A stretch of DNA of 64,000 nucleotides from Azolla caroliniana (lineage: Eukaryota > Plantae > Polypodiophyta). The translations under genes and the position numbers were made by a program. The DNA lies in contig JBHGNT010000018.1 of NCBI GenBank assembly GCA_043228905.1, forward strand, positions 5,022,001-5,086,000. Reading direction: 5' to 3'. The notes below the pieces were generated by a model. The model made no database searches and was not told where the DNA came from. It saw only the letters and a program-made list of their open reading frames with translations. Positions 1 to 12,126 of this stretch are shown piece after piece (position 1 is the first letter of the stretch; the number at the start of each line of letters is the position of its first letter).

Positions 1-398
1 GCTCGAGCGAAGACCGGAGGACGTGGAGCAGGCTGCGGAAAAGCTTCGGGAAGCAAGGATGAGGAACAAAGCCCGGTTCGACCGAACGCACCGGCTACGA
101 CCGAAGAAGATCGAGGAAGGCGACTGGGTGCTAGTCTACGACAGCAGCCTTGACAACCAGCACCGAGCGACACGGAAGTTCGCAAGAAGGTAGTTCGGGC
201 CTTACGTGGTACGAAGCGCCAACGACAACGGGACGTACCATCTGGCGGAACTCGACGGTACGAGAATGGCGATACCAGTAGCGGGGAAGCAGATCAAAGG
301 AGTTCAAGAAGCGTCACGACGACGAGCCGGATCCGGTTGGCCTGGACCGCGGCGACGAACGATCCGAAACTGAGGAAGAACCGACGGGCGGGGAATGA
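1..398 (+). pseudogene. Gypsy family A copy A1: degenerate integrase C-terminus
   Basis: Translates to RPKKIEEGDWVLVYDSSLDNQHRATRKFARR*FGPYVV..NGTYHLAELDG, matching ORFs 24470-24739 and 30869-31516; contains an in-frame stop and a frameshift. Confidence 0.9.
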
Positions 399-471
399 AG
401 GTTGAACCGGTTTTCTCCGTCCCAACTCAATTTGGCGCATGCCGGTGGATGCGCGGTTAGGTGGGGGCGAA

Positions 472-1104
472 TGTCGTGAAGAAAACCGTCCACAAGCGGA
501 ATCGGTGCACAGGAGCGTAGGAACCGGCTCTTCTCGAATGTTGGCCATAGAAGATCTTAGGCGGGTAGATTTAGTAGGTAGGAGGTAAAGGGGGAAACGG
601 CTCCTTCCTGGCCTATAAAAGGAGGGAGACGAAAAAGGGGGAGGGATCGCGGAGAGTCGAGGACGAAGTGCTGTCGGTTCATGGGCGAAGGCTTCTCTCT
701 CTCTCTCTCTCTGGTTCGCAAACTCCATAGCTTCCTTCTGTGCAGGTTTCGAGAGGCTCGCGCTGCTCTGAGGAATGCCCGAGTGCTTCAGGCAGCACCT
801 CCAACCTGCTCCTATCTTTCTGTGAGTTTACGAACAGGCATCAGCATCTGTTCGCCGGCCTGTTCGGTTGTAACCGACTTTGTGTTTTTGTTGCTTCCGT
901 GTTCTTGTTGTTGTCTTGTTAATATATACATACATTCGTGTCTCTCTGTGTCGCTGTCCCACTCGCGTCTTTGTGTCGAAGGGCCGCGTCCCTGTGAATC
1001 TACGCTCGCACGTAGTGGGTCTCTTGTCCCTTCTCTCTTGCTCTTCGGTACAGGACCCCTGAGGTCCCGCCTCATTCCACGCATCCGCGAGGAATACCTC
1101 GACA
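472..1104 (+). repeat. 3' LTR of family A copy A1
   Basis: TGTCGTGAAGAAAACCG...CCTCGACA, preceded by the purine-rich tract GGTTAGGTGGGGGCGAA; TATA at ~614; homologous to LTRs at 22070, 24815 and 45076; right flank GCGG resumes the host T pol. Confidence 0.85.
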
Positions 1105-2636
1105 GCGGATTTTTCACACCCCCGATGGATTCACGGATCACCGATGACATACGTGCAAACTTGAAGACGGATAGTTTTGCTCAAAACATCCTGGTGCACA
1201 TTGATACTTCTCGGGCATCCTGTTCTCAGTCTCAACAACCAGGTATTGACTACCGACAATTCGAATATCATGATGGTTTATTATTCTTTAAAAAGCGCGT
1301 ATATGTCCCCGATTGCTCCTGTTGCCTTCAAATCGTCCAGCATTGTCACGACACCCATACGGGGGGACATTTCGGTAGGTACTAAGACGTTGGAGCTAGT
1401 GCAACGATCTTTTTGTTGGCCCCACATGCGCCGTTTTGTCGATGACTACGTTCGGACCTGTGATGCTTGCTGCCGAGCAAAGATGCCACGACACCATCCA
1501 TATGGCTTGTTGGAACCCTTACCGATTCCAAGTAAGCCGTGGCAATCTATTTTTCTTGATTTTATCACAGATCTGTCGGTCTCGCAGGGGTTCGATGCTA
1601 TCTTAACTGTCGTCGATCGATATACGAAGATGACACATTTTGTTCCGTATACTAAGGCCATCACTAGCGAGGAAACTGCCACCCTAGTCATGCGTGAGGT
1701 ATTTCGGCATCATGGCCTCCCAGACAGTATCATTAGTGACCGAGGACCGCAATTTGTCTCCAAATTTTGGCAGCATCTCTTCAAGATGATCAAGATCTCT
1801 TGCAACCTCTCCTCCGGCTACCATCCTCAGGCAGAATGAACAAACCAAACGCTGGAGCAATATCTCCGGTGTTTCTTGAGTTATCAACAGGACGATTGGG
1901 TCGAGATTCTCCACTTTGCGGAGTTTGCATATAATAATGTTGTTCACTCCTCGACTCGAGTCTCCCCATTCTTCGCTTATACCGGTTCTCATCCTCGCTG
2001 GTCGGTGATCGACACCCCGGAGCTACCTACCAATCCTCGTGCCGGGGATCATTTGGAGAGACTACGCAAGATCCAAACAGATCTCTCGACTCATCTTCGT
2101 CATGCTCAACAGACACAGAAGACTTACGCGGATTGTCATCGGCTTCCCTCCTCTTTTGCCATCGGAGATCGAGCATGACTCTTACATCGTCACATCAAGA
2201 CTACTCGCCCATGCGACAAGTTGGATTATCGACGACTCTGTCCTTTCCTTATTACGGGTAAAGTTAATGATGTCACATTCCGCCTTGATCTCCCTCCGCA
2301 GCTTTAGATACATCCGGTTTTCCATTGTTCTCTTCTTGAACCTTATAAAGCAAACACCATTCCTGATCGTGTTACACCACCGCCGCCTCCGCTGGAGTTG
2401 GACGCCGGCCCGGAGTATGAAGTTGCTGCCATCCTCGATTCCAAACTTATTCGCAACAAACTTTATTATTTGGTCGATTGGGTTGGTTATAGTTCGAGCG
2501 AACGCACTTGGGAACCCGTCGAGCATGTTGCCAATGCTCAGGATCTGCTTGCTAATTTCCACCGAAAGTATCCAGACAAACCCGGTCCACAATCAGCGCC
2601 GACTCGTTCCACTCGTCGTCTTTAAGGGAGAGATAG
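1105..2636 (+). pseudogene. Chromovirus (Tcn1/Tf-like) copy T1: pol remnant with integrase zinc finger, core and chromodomain
   Basis: HDTHTGGHFG, PIPSKPWQSIFLDFIT, IISDRGPQF, and chromodomain EYEVAAILDSK..YYLVDWVGY..RTWEP (2398-2625); PPT AAGGGAGAGATAG; several stops and frameshifts. Confidence 0.92.
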
Positions 2637-3089
2637 TGTCATGATATGGCAAGACTCGAACCCATGACCTTATGGTATATGGGTCAAGCTCTTAACCATC
2701 ACACCATCTATTGTAATTCATAAGATATTATTTTCATTTATGTTTTATTATAAGAAAGTAATGTATATTCCAGATTTCTCTGGAACATTCTAGAAGTTTT
2801 AGGATTACTCCTGACAACACTATAAAAGAAGGCACTAGGCATTATGTTGAACCAAATTGGTTCAACGCTAGTCTTAAGCCTCTCAGCCGCTTTGTACTTA
2901 TCTTTTCACATAATATATCAGCTGCTGTCATCATCTTTCTCTCTCTCTCATCCTCGCTATCTCTCTCTCTCTCTCTCTCCTCTTCTCACTTCCTCTCTCG
3001 GGAATCTTACGCAGTCTCGTCCTCTTAGTACTAATAGTACTGCTCTTCTTAGTACTAATTCCATCTCTGCTTTAGTACTATTCCTGACA
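2637..3089 (+). repeat. 3' LTR of T1
   Basis: TGTCATG...CCTGACA directly after the PPT; homologous to LTRs at 16161, 21370 and 26817. Confidence 0.9.
2646..2708 (-). promoter_or_regulatory. tRNA-like A-box/B-box cassette in T1 LTR U3 (antisense)
   Basis: Minus strand reads TGGTGTGATGGTTAAG...AGGTCATGGGTTCGAGTC with tRNA-like box spacing. Confidence 0.6.
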
Positions 3090-3840
3090 ACTGCTGTTTC
3101 AAAGCCGTTTTCGGGGTACCTTCGGTCGTTCTCCCCCGCTTCGTGGTCTTGTCAGGCTTGATAGGTGGCGCCAATAGGGTGAGCCATTGCACCACTGCAG
3201 TCCATATTTTCAGACCCTCCTTGCCTCTGACAGAGTCAATGGCTGCATAGAGGCCGTTCGCAATCAGTACCGGCCAATCCACCTTCACGCCTTCATACAT
3301 TGCTATGATTAAACCGGCTCGGTTCTGAGGCATGCACGGGGGACGAGGGTATACATGTCCAAATTCATGGAGCACACAGGCAATCTCTAGATATAATGTA
3401 TCTTCGCCGCCCTGTGTCCTGTAGGCCTTGCTGGCCAGAGAGTATTCGCCAAAATATTTTCGGAGTTGCTCCGGGGTAGGGTTGTCGATACTTAAGATGC
3501 CCCCCTCCGGAAGGCCAATCAAAGCATGGATGGCCTCCTCCGTGATTAGCTATGTGTCGATTTCCTTTACTATCTTCTCCGCCTCCCGGTGCGGTGGCGC
3601 CTCCATGATCGTGAGGAAACCTTCTAACCCGTGTTGCCTTAGCCACTTCTTGGCTGCTTTAGAGAGTGCTTGGCAGTCCATGGCTTCTTCGAGGTCGGTG
3701 AGCGCTGGTGAGGGGTGTGTGTGAGGAGGCTCTGTGTGCGTGGGCTCGCGTCTGATGATCTTCAATTGCCTGTGTGCGTTTGTGCTCCTTTGTTCGCGAA
3801 ATGTGAAGACCTCCATGCGGTGGGGGTTTTCTTGCTGCAT
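3090..3840 (-). pseudogene. Extra 3' ORF (ORF2, env-like position) of O1
   Basis: ORFs 3550-3840 and 3055-3522 (MDCQALSKAAKKWLRQHGLEGFL...YEGVKVDWPVLIANGL) lie downstream of the integrase stop at 4100 in the same orientation; cut by the T1 insertion. Confidence 0.65.
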
Positions 3841-4099
3841 GTTGGTGCCTTTTTTTTTTTCTTACCCGCGCGTGTGCACGTCGTGTACTAGAATAGAATG
3901 ACGTGCCATGTGGCGGCGGTTTAATACCTTATTAATAGCCCACTACTGACCTTTTCAAGGTGCCTGTTCACTCCGCGTTCTTGCATGTGTCCGTTCACAC
4001 CTTGCCCTTGCATGATTTACTTTGATTTGATTTGATTTGATTTTTATTTATTTATTTATTTATTTATAAAACTGTTTGGTTAATTCGCAACCGGTCCCA

Positions 4100-7000
4100 C
4101 TAGACCCCTATCCGAATTGTGGGACTTGCCGGCTCGTGCTCCCTCTTACCGGCTTTGCGCTTGCCGATTGCTAAACGTATTGCCGTCTCTTCCGACTTAC
4201 CGGTGTCCGGTTCTATGTCGGCCTTTACTTGTTCAAATGGGTTTCTTGGCATGGGTCCATTATATGGTTTGAGTCGGAACACATTGACCCATTTACCCAG
4301 AACCTCGTCGGCGAGTGTCCCTAACTGGTAGGAACCGTTGAACTCACGCGTGATCCAATATGGACCGGTCCACCGAAACCGTAGCTTCCCCGACATCTTA
4401 CCCATCCGGGTTTGGAATACTAGTACCGGCTTATCGATTTCGAACATCTTTTCATTCCCTTTTCAGTGACGATCCACGAACGCTTTCCTTCGCCACTGCT
4501 CTAGTTCTAGGTGCATGATGCTGGCTAGCCGGTGTTCTTCCAATTCGCATAACTCATTTAGGCGTTCCCGAATCTGTATTCGTAAACTTGGTACCTAGAA
4601 CTCGACCGACATCACTGCTTCCAATCCGAATGCTAGGCGAAACGATGTTGTGCGGATACTTGTCTTATATGCCGTTTGATAGGCCCAGAGTGCACCGTGT
4701 AGCTTTGTATCCCAATTCGTTTGGTTCTCATTGACGATTTTTTGAAGGATGTTCTATAGTGTTTTATTTGTTGACCCGGCTAATCCGTTGGCTTGCGGAT
4801 AATAGGGAGTGCTCCGTTTATGCACCACCGCATAGAATGTCGTCAAACTTTCCACCACTTGCCCTAAGAAATGCCTACCTTGGTCACTTATTAGCTCTAT
4901 CGGACATCCATACCGGCACCAGATGTATTCATATAAATTTTTTTCCATGGATGCCGCGGTGTTGTCGTGTAGTGCTTTGGCTTCCACCCATTTTGTGCAA
5001 TAATCCGTAGCGACAATCACGTACCGGTTGCCAGTTCTCATTGTTGGTGGTTTGAATGGACCGACAAAATTCAACCCCCATTTTTGAAATGGTTCTAACG
5101 GTAGCACGGGCTGGTGAGGCATCCTGGCTTGTTCGGTTGGTTGGCCCATTCGCTGACATAGGTCACATTCTTTAGCGTACCAGACTGCATCCTTAAATGT
5201 TGTTGGCCACCATAGTCCAGTCTGCCATATTTTCCTTGATGTAGCGTCTTCGGCATAATGTCCTCTAGCCACTCCGCAGTGTGCTTCGTGCAATATTATG
5301 TCCTTTTCGTCACTGCACACTGCACGCCACCATATGCCATCTGCGCCTTTGTGGTATAGTGTGTCCTGTAATAGACATAAGTGCTGGCTTTGAACCGCTA
5401 AGCGTTTCCTCTCGTCTCTGTTCATCTCCTCGAACGTAAGCTAGTGCTCAGAAATTGGTGCATGTTGGTGAGCCACTTGTCTTCCTCTGCGACCGTACCA
5501 TCCGTTGCTGTTTCTGATGTGACTCTAAACAACTCTACATTCGGGAACTCGTCTAGGACGCCATCACCGGAATCTAACCCTAAACCCTTTCGCCGGAATC
5601 TAACCGGCTCAAATAGTCTGCTACCGCATATCTCGAACTCAAATTCTTGTAATAGTAACGTCCACCGGGCCAGCTTATCGGTGAGTGATGCTTTGGACAC
5701 CAAATAGAGGAGCGCCGAATGATCTACGTGAAAGGAAAATTTCCTTCCCAATAGGTAGTGTCTAAACTTGGTGACATTGTAGATCATGCCCAAGGCCTCT
5801 CTTTCCGTTGTGGAATAATTACGTTCTTCTTGGGACAGCTTCCGGCTGGCATAATACAATGGCTGATACCACTTCGGTTCTGTAAGTTGCATAAGCGCGC
5901 TCCCGATTGCGATAGTGCACGCGTCAACGAACACATGAACTCTTTAGACCAATCCGGAGGTTGCACCACCGTTGTTTGTGACAATAGTACTTTTAGTGCT
6001 CGGTAAGCCTTGTTTTCTGTGTCCGTCCATTGGAACGGTGTTCGATGTACCGTGACATGCAATGGTGTAGCTAGGTCTGCCAGATACCAGAGCATTCGGC
6101 TATGCCATCGAATTTGTCCTAAGAACCGGCTTAATGGCTTTGCCGTGGTTGGTGCCGGTGCCTCCAAAATAACTTTGACCTTGTCCCGATCCACTGCAAT
6201 ACCGTCCTTGCTCACGATGTGGCCAAGTAACGCTCCGCTGGACACTTTGAACATGCATTTTTCCGGGTTAAGGCTTAGCCGGTAAACCCTACATTTCTCC
6301 AGACATAGTCGGAGGTGCTGAAGGTGATCCCCTTCCCAGCTATAAACAACGAAGTCGTCCAGGAAAACCTGCATGAATGCTGGAATGAATTCTCTGAAAA
6401 TTTCCATGATGATCCGCTAGAAGGTTGCCGACGCCGTTTTCAGTCCGAACATCATAACTACGGCAACAAAGACTCCCCATTCGGTGACAAAAGCGGTTTT
6501 CTCCTAGTCGTCCGGGTGCATCCGGATCTGATTATAGCCGCTGAAACCGTCTAGAAAATTGTACACCTCATGACCGGTGACCGCATCCAAGACTCCATCC
6601 GTGAATGGAAGTGGGAAGGCGTCCGTTACCGTAGTCACATTCAATTTCTGGTAGTCGACGCAAACTCTTATCTTACCGTTCTTTTTCGGTACTACAACTA
6701 TTGGACTGAGCCATGTGGCTTTTTTTTTACCGGTCAGATGAAGCCAACCCTTAGCAACTTGTCGATTTCTTCTTTGACTTTTGCTACGTAATTCAGGTTC
6801 ATCCGGTAACGCCGTTGCGCTACCGGTTTGGCATCTTTACTCAGATGTATCTGGTTTTGATACAACTGAGGATCGAGTCCCCGATGTCCTCATAGGACTA
6901 GGCGAACACATCTCGAAATTCTTTTAGGAGTGTGATCATTGGCGATGTGAACCGGTCTTGCGTCCTCTGTGGTACTTAGGTTTACCTCTTCTAGTTGGGA

Positions 7001-8985
7001 TGCTTTTACGCGTTGTGACACTGCCATTTCTCTTTCCAGTGCCTCCTATGCTTGCCGTAACTCTCGGATCGCTTCTTTATCCGGTTCCTCGTCGGTCCCG
7101 TCCGGTTGCAGTATGTACGGTGATACTGCTTCGGTTACATCAATTTCGAACAGAGGTACGATCTTCGGATTTTCCTGTAAGTATTGATCGACCTCTTCCT
7201 CCGCCAATCCTTCCAGCATGTTGACACATTCCGCATATAGCGGTGTCAATTCCTTGCCGGTACCCGACTGTGGTTGAGTCGGTACTCACACTTTCGCTTT
7301 TCCACGCCTGCACCCGGTTTTGGTCCGGTTGGTTGCTTGGAGCGCCCTTTTCCAATTCCCGTGGATGACCCCCCTTTTTGTTGAAACGATGTTTCTTGTT
7401 GAAATTCTTTTTGTTTCAATAACCTTGACGGGGCTGGTCGTCATACTTGCCATAGTCATCCCGTCGTTGGTTGTAACCAGGGTAGTGATCCCAGTTGTAT
7501 CTCTCGTACCGTCCATTATAGTCCCGGTATCTATCCTGTCTGTCATACCGGTCATAAGTGTCTCTTCGATCGTTGTACCGGACATCTTGTGCTGGCCGGT
7601 AGCGCTCCTCTCGCTGCCAGCGTTCTTCTTCTTCCTCCCGGTTGCTTCGTGGTTCAATTTGCCGGACCGGTGGTGCTTGCCGATTTAACAAGTTATACTC
7701 ACACCGTTCCATTGTGTGACTTCTGGAGTGGCAGAGCAAACATTGGGAACGCATGGTGCATTCCAGCGCCGAACGTCGCATGTTGTACATTGAATTGCTT
7801 GCCAGAAGCAGAGGTCCTCATCTATTGGTAGTGCACGTTGAAGTGCGCCCAGGGTTAGCCATGAACTTGATTTTTCCATTTCCCGAACTCGGTCGATCAC
7901 TTGATCTATGTTGTTGGTGCGGAAATCAATGATGGTGCACACCGTTCGTAAGGGTTCCCGGAGTGCCGCTAAGAATATGGCCTTTGTTTCTTCCTCCGGT
8001 GGTGCCCGACTGAGCTGACTGAGGATCCACTGGAACCGGATGACAAACTGTTGAATGTTCTCTATTGGTTCTTGTCGGATAATGTAAAATAGGCCCACCA
8101 TTTCCTGTTGGTCCATCTCCTTGTGAAAGAAATGCAAGAATTTGGTCTTTAATGCTTCAAACGTGGGGATGGTGGTGGGATCTTATGTTCGGTGCCATCT
8201 GACGGCCTGTCCGTCTAGGGTCATGCCGAACTTTGCCATTTTTGAGTGTTCCTCTTCGGCCGCATTTAAGCGTTGGGACACATGGTTTGCCTCCCAGGTC
8301 TGCTAAAATGCATGAACGTGGGCTTCCGTGTCTGGATCATCCCGGTATCTGGGATATTGGAACGGCATATCGTCGTGTAGTGTCGGTACGCGGGCTGTTG
8401 GTGTCGGTGGTCTTTCCTCCTCCTCTATGGGCGTCAAAGGTCTTTCCCACTCCTCTGTCAGCGTCGGAGATCTTTCTTGCTCCTCTTCCGGTGTCAGAGG
8501 CCTCTCCTCCTCGATTTCCGGTGTCGGAGGTCTCTCTTCCTTGACTTCTGGTTCTGGAGTGTGCTCGACTTCTACTGTCGGAGGTTCCAGCCTTGTCAAT
8601 TTTGGTTCCGGTGTCGGCAAGGTATACGACTCCTCGTCCTCCGGTTCGTCTGGGGTGTTGTTACTGGTGCGGTAGTTCGTATGTGCGTTGTATTCCCCTT
8701 CCGAATCCGATTCAAAAGCCGAAAATACTTCGGATCCGCCTTTGCCTGCTGCCAATGCCTAGAGAAGGGATTCCGCTTCCTAGAGGCTGCTTAGGTTGCT
8801 TCCTTCATCTGGGTAGTCGTTTTGTTGTAAACGAAGTTACTCCTTGGCCACTCTCTGGATCTCCTTGGAAAATGAGTGATCCGTTCTGATTTCTTTTGCC
8901 GCTTGCTGGAAAGCCTCTCGCTTCCTCAGCCGTTCAGCAAGTCTCCTTGCTCGCTCCGTAACTGGGTCGTTCGTTCGTCATCCAT
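4100..8985 (-). pseudogene. O1 gag-pol, disrupted, with the protease region largely deleted
   Basis: Fragments with CCHC knuckle, RT (FMQVFLDDF), RNase H (VDA..IGSALMQ) and integrase (KWG..FVGPF, ELISDQG); many stops. Confidence 0.9.
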
Positions 8986-9036
8986 TCCCGCCGTTGTTCG
9001 CTGCGATTGTGCAAGAATTGTGGTTGCCAAAAACTG

Positions 9037-9470
9037 TGTTATTCTTTAGGGCCGGACAATGGCCTAACACAGGTTGGGTGTCTACGGAAGACACTTCACT
9101 AAACGGGTGCTACGGCGAGATAACTTAAGACTCAACGATTAATCAAACTTTAATTGGTTACTTAGCAATATGGCATTAGACTTGATACACACGTATGATA
9201 GAACAATTAGCACAAAATGGTAATCAACACTTAAAGATAAAACAAGAAGCTCTATTAATTATCTGTCAAAGTTTTACATTGTAACCAGGCCTTTATATAG
9301 GTCACCGGTGTTGAGTACAAAACGATGCCAACCGGCACCTGTTTGGAACCGGTCTGGATCCGAATCGGCATACCGATTCCGGTTCGTCCGTTCACGTCTC
9401 ATAAACTACTTAATTATAATACAATCCCTTTCACATTCTGGTCTTTAACTCCTTTGCCAGCTGGGTAACA
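9037..9470 (-). repeat. 5' LTR of O1
   Basis: TGTTA/TAACA termini, adjacent PBS-like sequence, TATA on the minus strand near 9295. Confidence 0.8.
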
Positions 9471-11506
9471 CCGGTAGTAAAGATGACTTCCATCCGGACG
9501 GTGCTGAGCATAGCGGCCAGCATGGACCTCGAGGTAGAGCAGTTAGACGTGAAGACGGCGTTCCTCCACGGCGACCTTGAAGAGGAGATCTACATGCAGC
9601 AACCGGAAGGATTTGTGAAGAAAGGGAAGGAGCACCTGGTTTGCCGGCTGAAGAAGAGCCTCTACGGTTTGAAGCAGGCTCCCTGGCAATGGTATCGGAA
9701 ATTTGACTCCTTCATGACCGATCAAGAGTACCACAAGACGTAGACAGATCACTGCGCATTTGTGAAGAAATTCGACGGAGGAGACTTCCTGATATTGCTC
9801 ATATATGTGGACGACATGTTGATTGTTGAACAGGACCAAGAGAAAATTCGGATGCTGAAGAAGGCCCTTAACCGGACCTTCTCAATGAAAGACTTGGGTC
9901 TGGCAAGGCAGATACTGGGGATGCATATCATCCGCGACCGGGTGAAGAAACAATTGTGGCTGTCACAGGAGAAGTACGTGACAAAGGTGCTTCAGCGGTT
10001 CAACATGTCAGATGCAAAACCGGTCAGATCGACACTCCCGGCAAACTGCAGGTTATCCGGTAAGCAAAGCCCGAAGACGAAGGCAGAGAAGGCAGATATG
10101 ATGAAGATACCATATGCCTCTGCCGTCGGGAGCTTAATGTACGCAATGGTGTGTACCCGACCGGATATCGGATATGCAGTCGGAGTGTTGAGCTGGTTTA
10201 TGAGCAATCCCGGCAAGGAGCATTGGAATGCAGTAAAATGGATACACCGATACTTGAAAGGCACCTTGAGTATGTGTCTCCGATTTGGATCCGGTAAACC
10301 CCAACTTGATGGTTTCACCGATTTGGATATGTCGGCTGATGTGGATACCAACTGGTCAACATCCGGATACATCATGACATATGTAGGGGGAGCTGTTTCG
10401 TGCAGTCGAGGCTACAGAAGACGGTTGCGTTGTCAACCACGAAGGCGGAGTACATGGTAGTCATGGAAGCCGACAAGGAAATATTATGGATGAAGGATTT
10501 CTTTGGAGAGCTAGGGATCCGACAAGAGGAATACCAGTTCTATTGCGACAATCAAAGTGTCATCCACCTTGCAAAGAACGCGGCATACCATTCCAGAACG
10601 AAGCACATCCATCGCAGGTACCATTGGATCCAGGAGCGAGTAGAAGATTGAGAGTTCGTGCTAATGAAGATCCACACAGAGGAGAATGGGTCGGATATGT
10701 TGACCAAGGTGCTGACACCTAACAAGCTGAACGCATGCCGGAAGCGAATTGTTGGGAGATAGGTCCCTCCGGATGGGAAGAGAGAAGAACAGTGCTGATG
10801 AGCAAACTCGGCCGAGGACGATAGTCCTCGGCCGAAACCGGATGACGAGTACCTAGCTACGGAGAGCCGGATGGTGTAGACCTAGTGAGAACCGGATGAG
10901 GAGAACCTGGCTAAAGAGAGTCGGATGGTGCAGACCTGGTAAGAACCGGATGGCGAGTACCCGGCAAGCGCCGGATGATGCAGGCCCGGTGAGGAGTGCT
11001 CACCGGATGAAGAGACATATTCGTAAATATGTTTCTGAGAGTCCATCGAGGCTATATTTGTAAATAGCCGAAAAGTCATATTAGTATAAATATGACTTAG
11101 GGCAAACTTATTGTATGTGATGTAGAGTGTCGTTGTTATTCTTGTTTGTGCAAGATCAGAGCGCGTAACTGTGTACAGAGAGAGAGAGAGAGAGAGGAAG
11201 AGGTCGTTGCCTCTGTTCTAACCACCGCTTGTGGCGAAGATAGAAAGCTCGAGGTTGTTGCCTCGGTGCTTTACTGTTGTACACTGTAACATAGTGATAG
11301 TTTGCACCCTTTGGGCTGCCATGGTTTTTCCCTAGTTTGGGTTTTCCATGTAAACATCTTGTGTACTCTTCTCTTCACTGTGTCGTGCATTCATTCCTGT
11401 TTTTTTTGTGTATGATTCTAAGCTCGGTTGTGACCGAGCGTTGCACATAACAAGCGTTTAGTTCATGTCACGAATTGGACTAACCAGACATCCCATGCTG
11501 AAGTGA
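9471..11506 (+). pseudogene. Ty1/Copia (Tnt1-like) copy C1: reverse transcriptase and RNase H
   Basis: PVVKMTSIRTVLS..QLDVKTAFLHGDLEEEIYMQQPEGF..LKKSLYGLKQ, LIYVDDML, YCDNQS..HSRTKHI; the C-terminus (..CRKRIGLTRHPMLK*) is split by the insertion at 10750-11470. Confidence 0.93.
10750..11470 (+). repeat. Copia-type solo LTR inserted in the C1 RNase H tail
   Basis: TG..CA termini, 5-bp TSD CGAAT (10745-10749 and 11471-11475), clearly related to the C1 LTR at 11517. Confidence 0.85.
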
Positions 11507-11516
11507 AGGGGGAGTT

Positions 11517-12126
11517 TGTTAGGATCTCGATCCCTCCGGATGGGATTATGAAGGCTCGATGAGAACCGGATGATGCAGACCCGGTGAGAACCGGATGACG
11601 AGTACCCGGCAAGGAAGACCCGGTGAGAACTGGATGTTGTAGGCCCGGTGAGAACCGCTCATCGGATGAAGGGACATATATGTAAATATGTTCCAGAGAG
11701 TCCATTGGGGCTATATTTATAAATAGCCCGAAAGTCATATTAATATAAATATGACCTAGGGCAAACTCAATGTAGTTTTTTTATATAGAGTTATTAGTGT
11801 AACTTCTGTACAGGATGCAAGTGTGAGAGTGAGAGCGATACAGAGTGTGTGTCTTTGCTGTAACTGCCTCCAGGCGAAGGTTGAGAGCACAAGGTCATTG
11901 CCTTTGTGCTCCCCTGTTGTATTCTCTATACATAGTGATAGTTCGGGGTCTGTGGGCTCCCGTGGGTTTTTTCCCATTTAGGGTTTCCATGTTAACATAC
12001 TGTGTACCCTCTCTCATATTGTTTGGGTATATGTGCATTTACCCTCATTGCCCATTTCTTTTGTGGTTGTGATTTTAATCAAGTGATTGAAGTCTCGGTT
12101 GTGGCCGAGCATTATTCCTCGTTACA
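11517..12126 (+). repeat. 3' LTR of Copia C1
   Basis: Follows PPT GAAGTGAAGGGGGAG; TGTTAGG...GTTACA; right flank resumes the A2 integrase tail; right end less certain. Confidence 0.75.

Larger units (their letters stand above)
3090..9470 (-). mobile_element. Athila-like Gypsy copy O1, degenerate; 3' part interrupted by T1
   Basis: 5' LTR 9037-9470 (TGTTA..TAACA), PBS-like TGGCAACCAC, and gag-pol fragments colinear with the intact ORF 34168-41136; inserted into a Copia RT (right flank CCGGT begins PVVKMTS). Confidence 0.9.

Noticed and set aside
1105-1118. A1 LTR ending at ..TTTTCACA (1118)
   Set aside because: Alignment with other A LTR ends and with the T pol places the end at CCTCGACA (1104).
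681-1385. 234-aa ORF as a gene
   Set aside because: Chance read-through from the A1 LTR into the T1 pol across an insertion junction.
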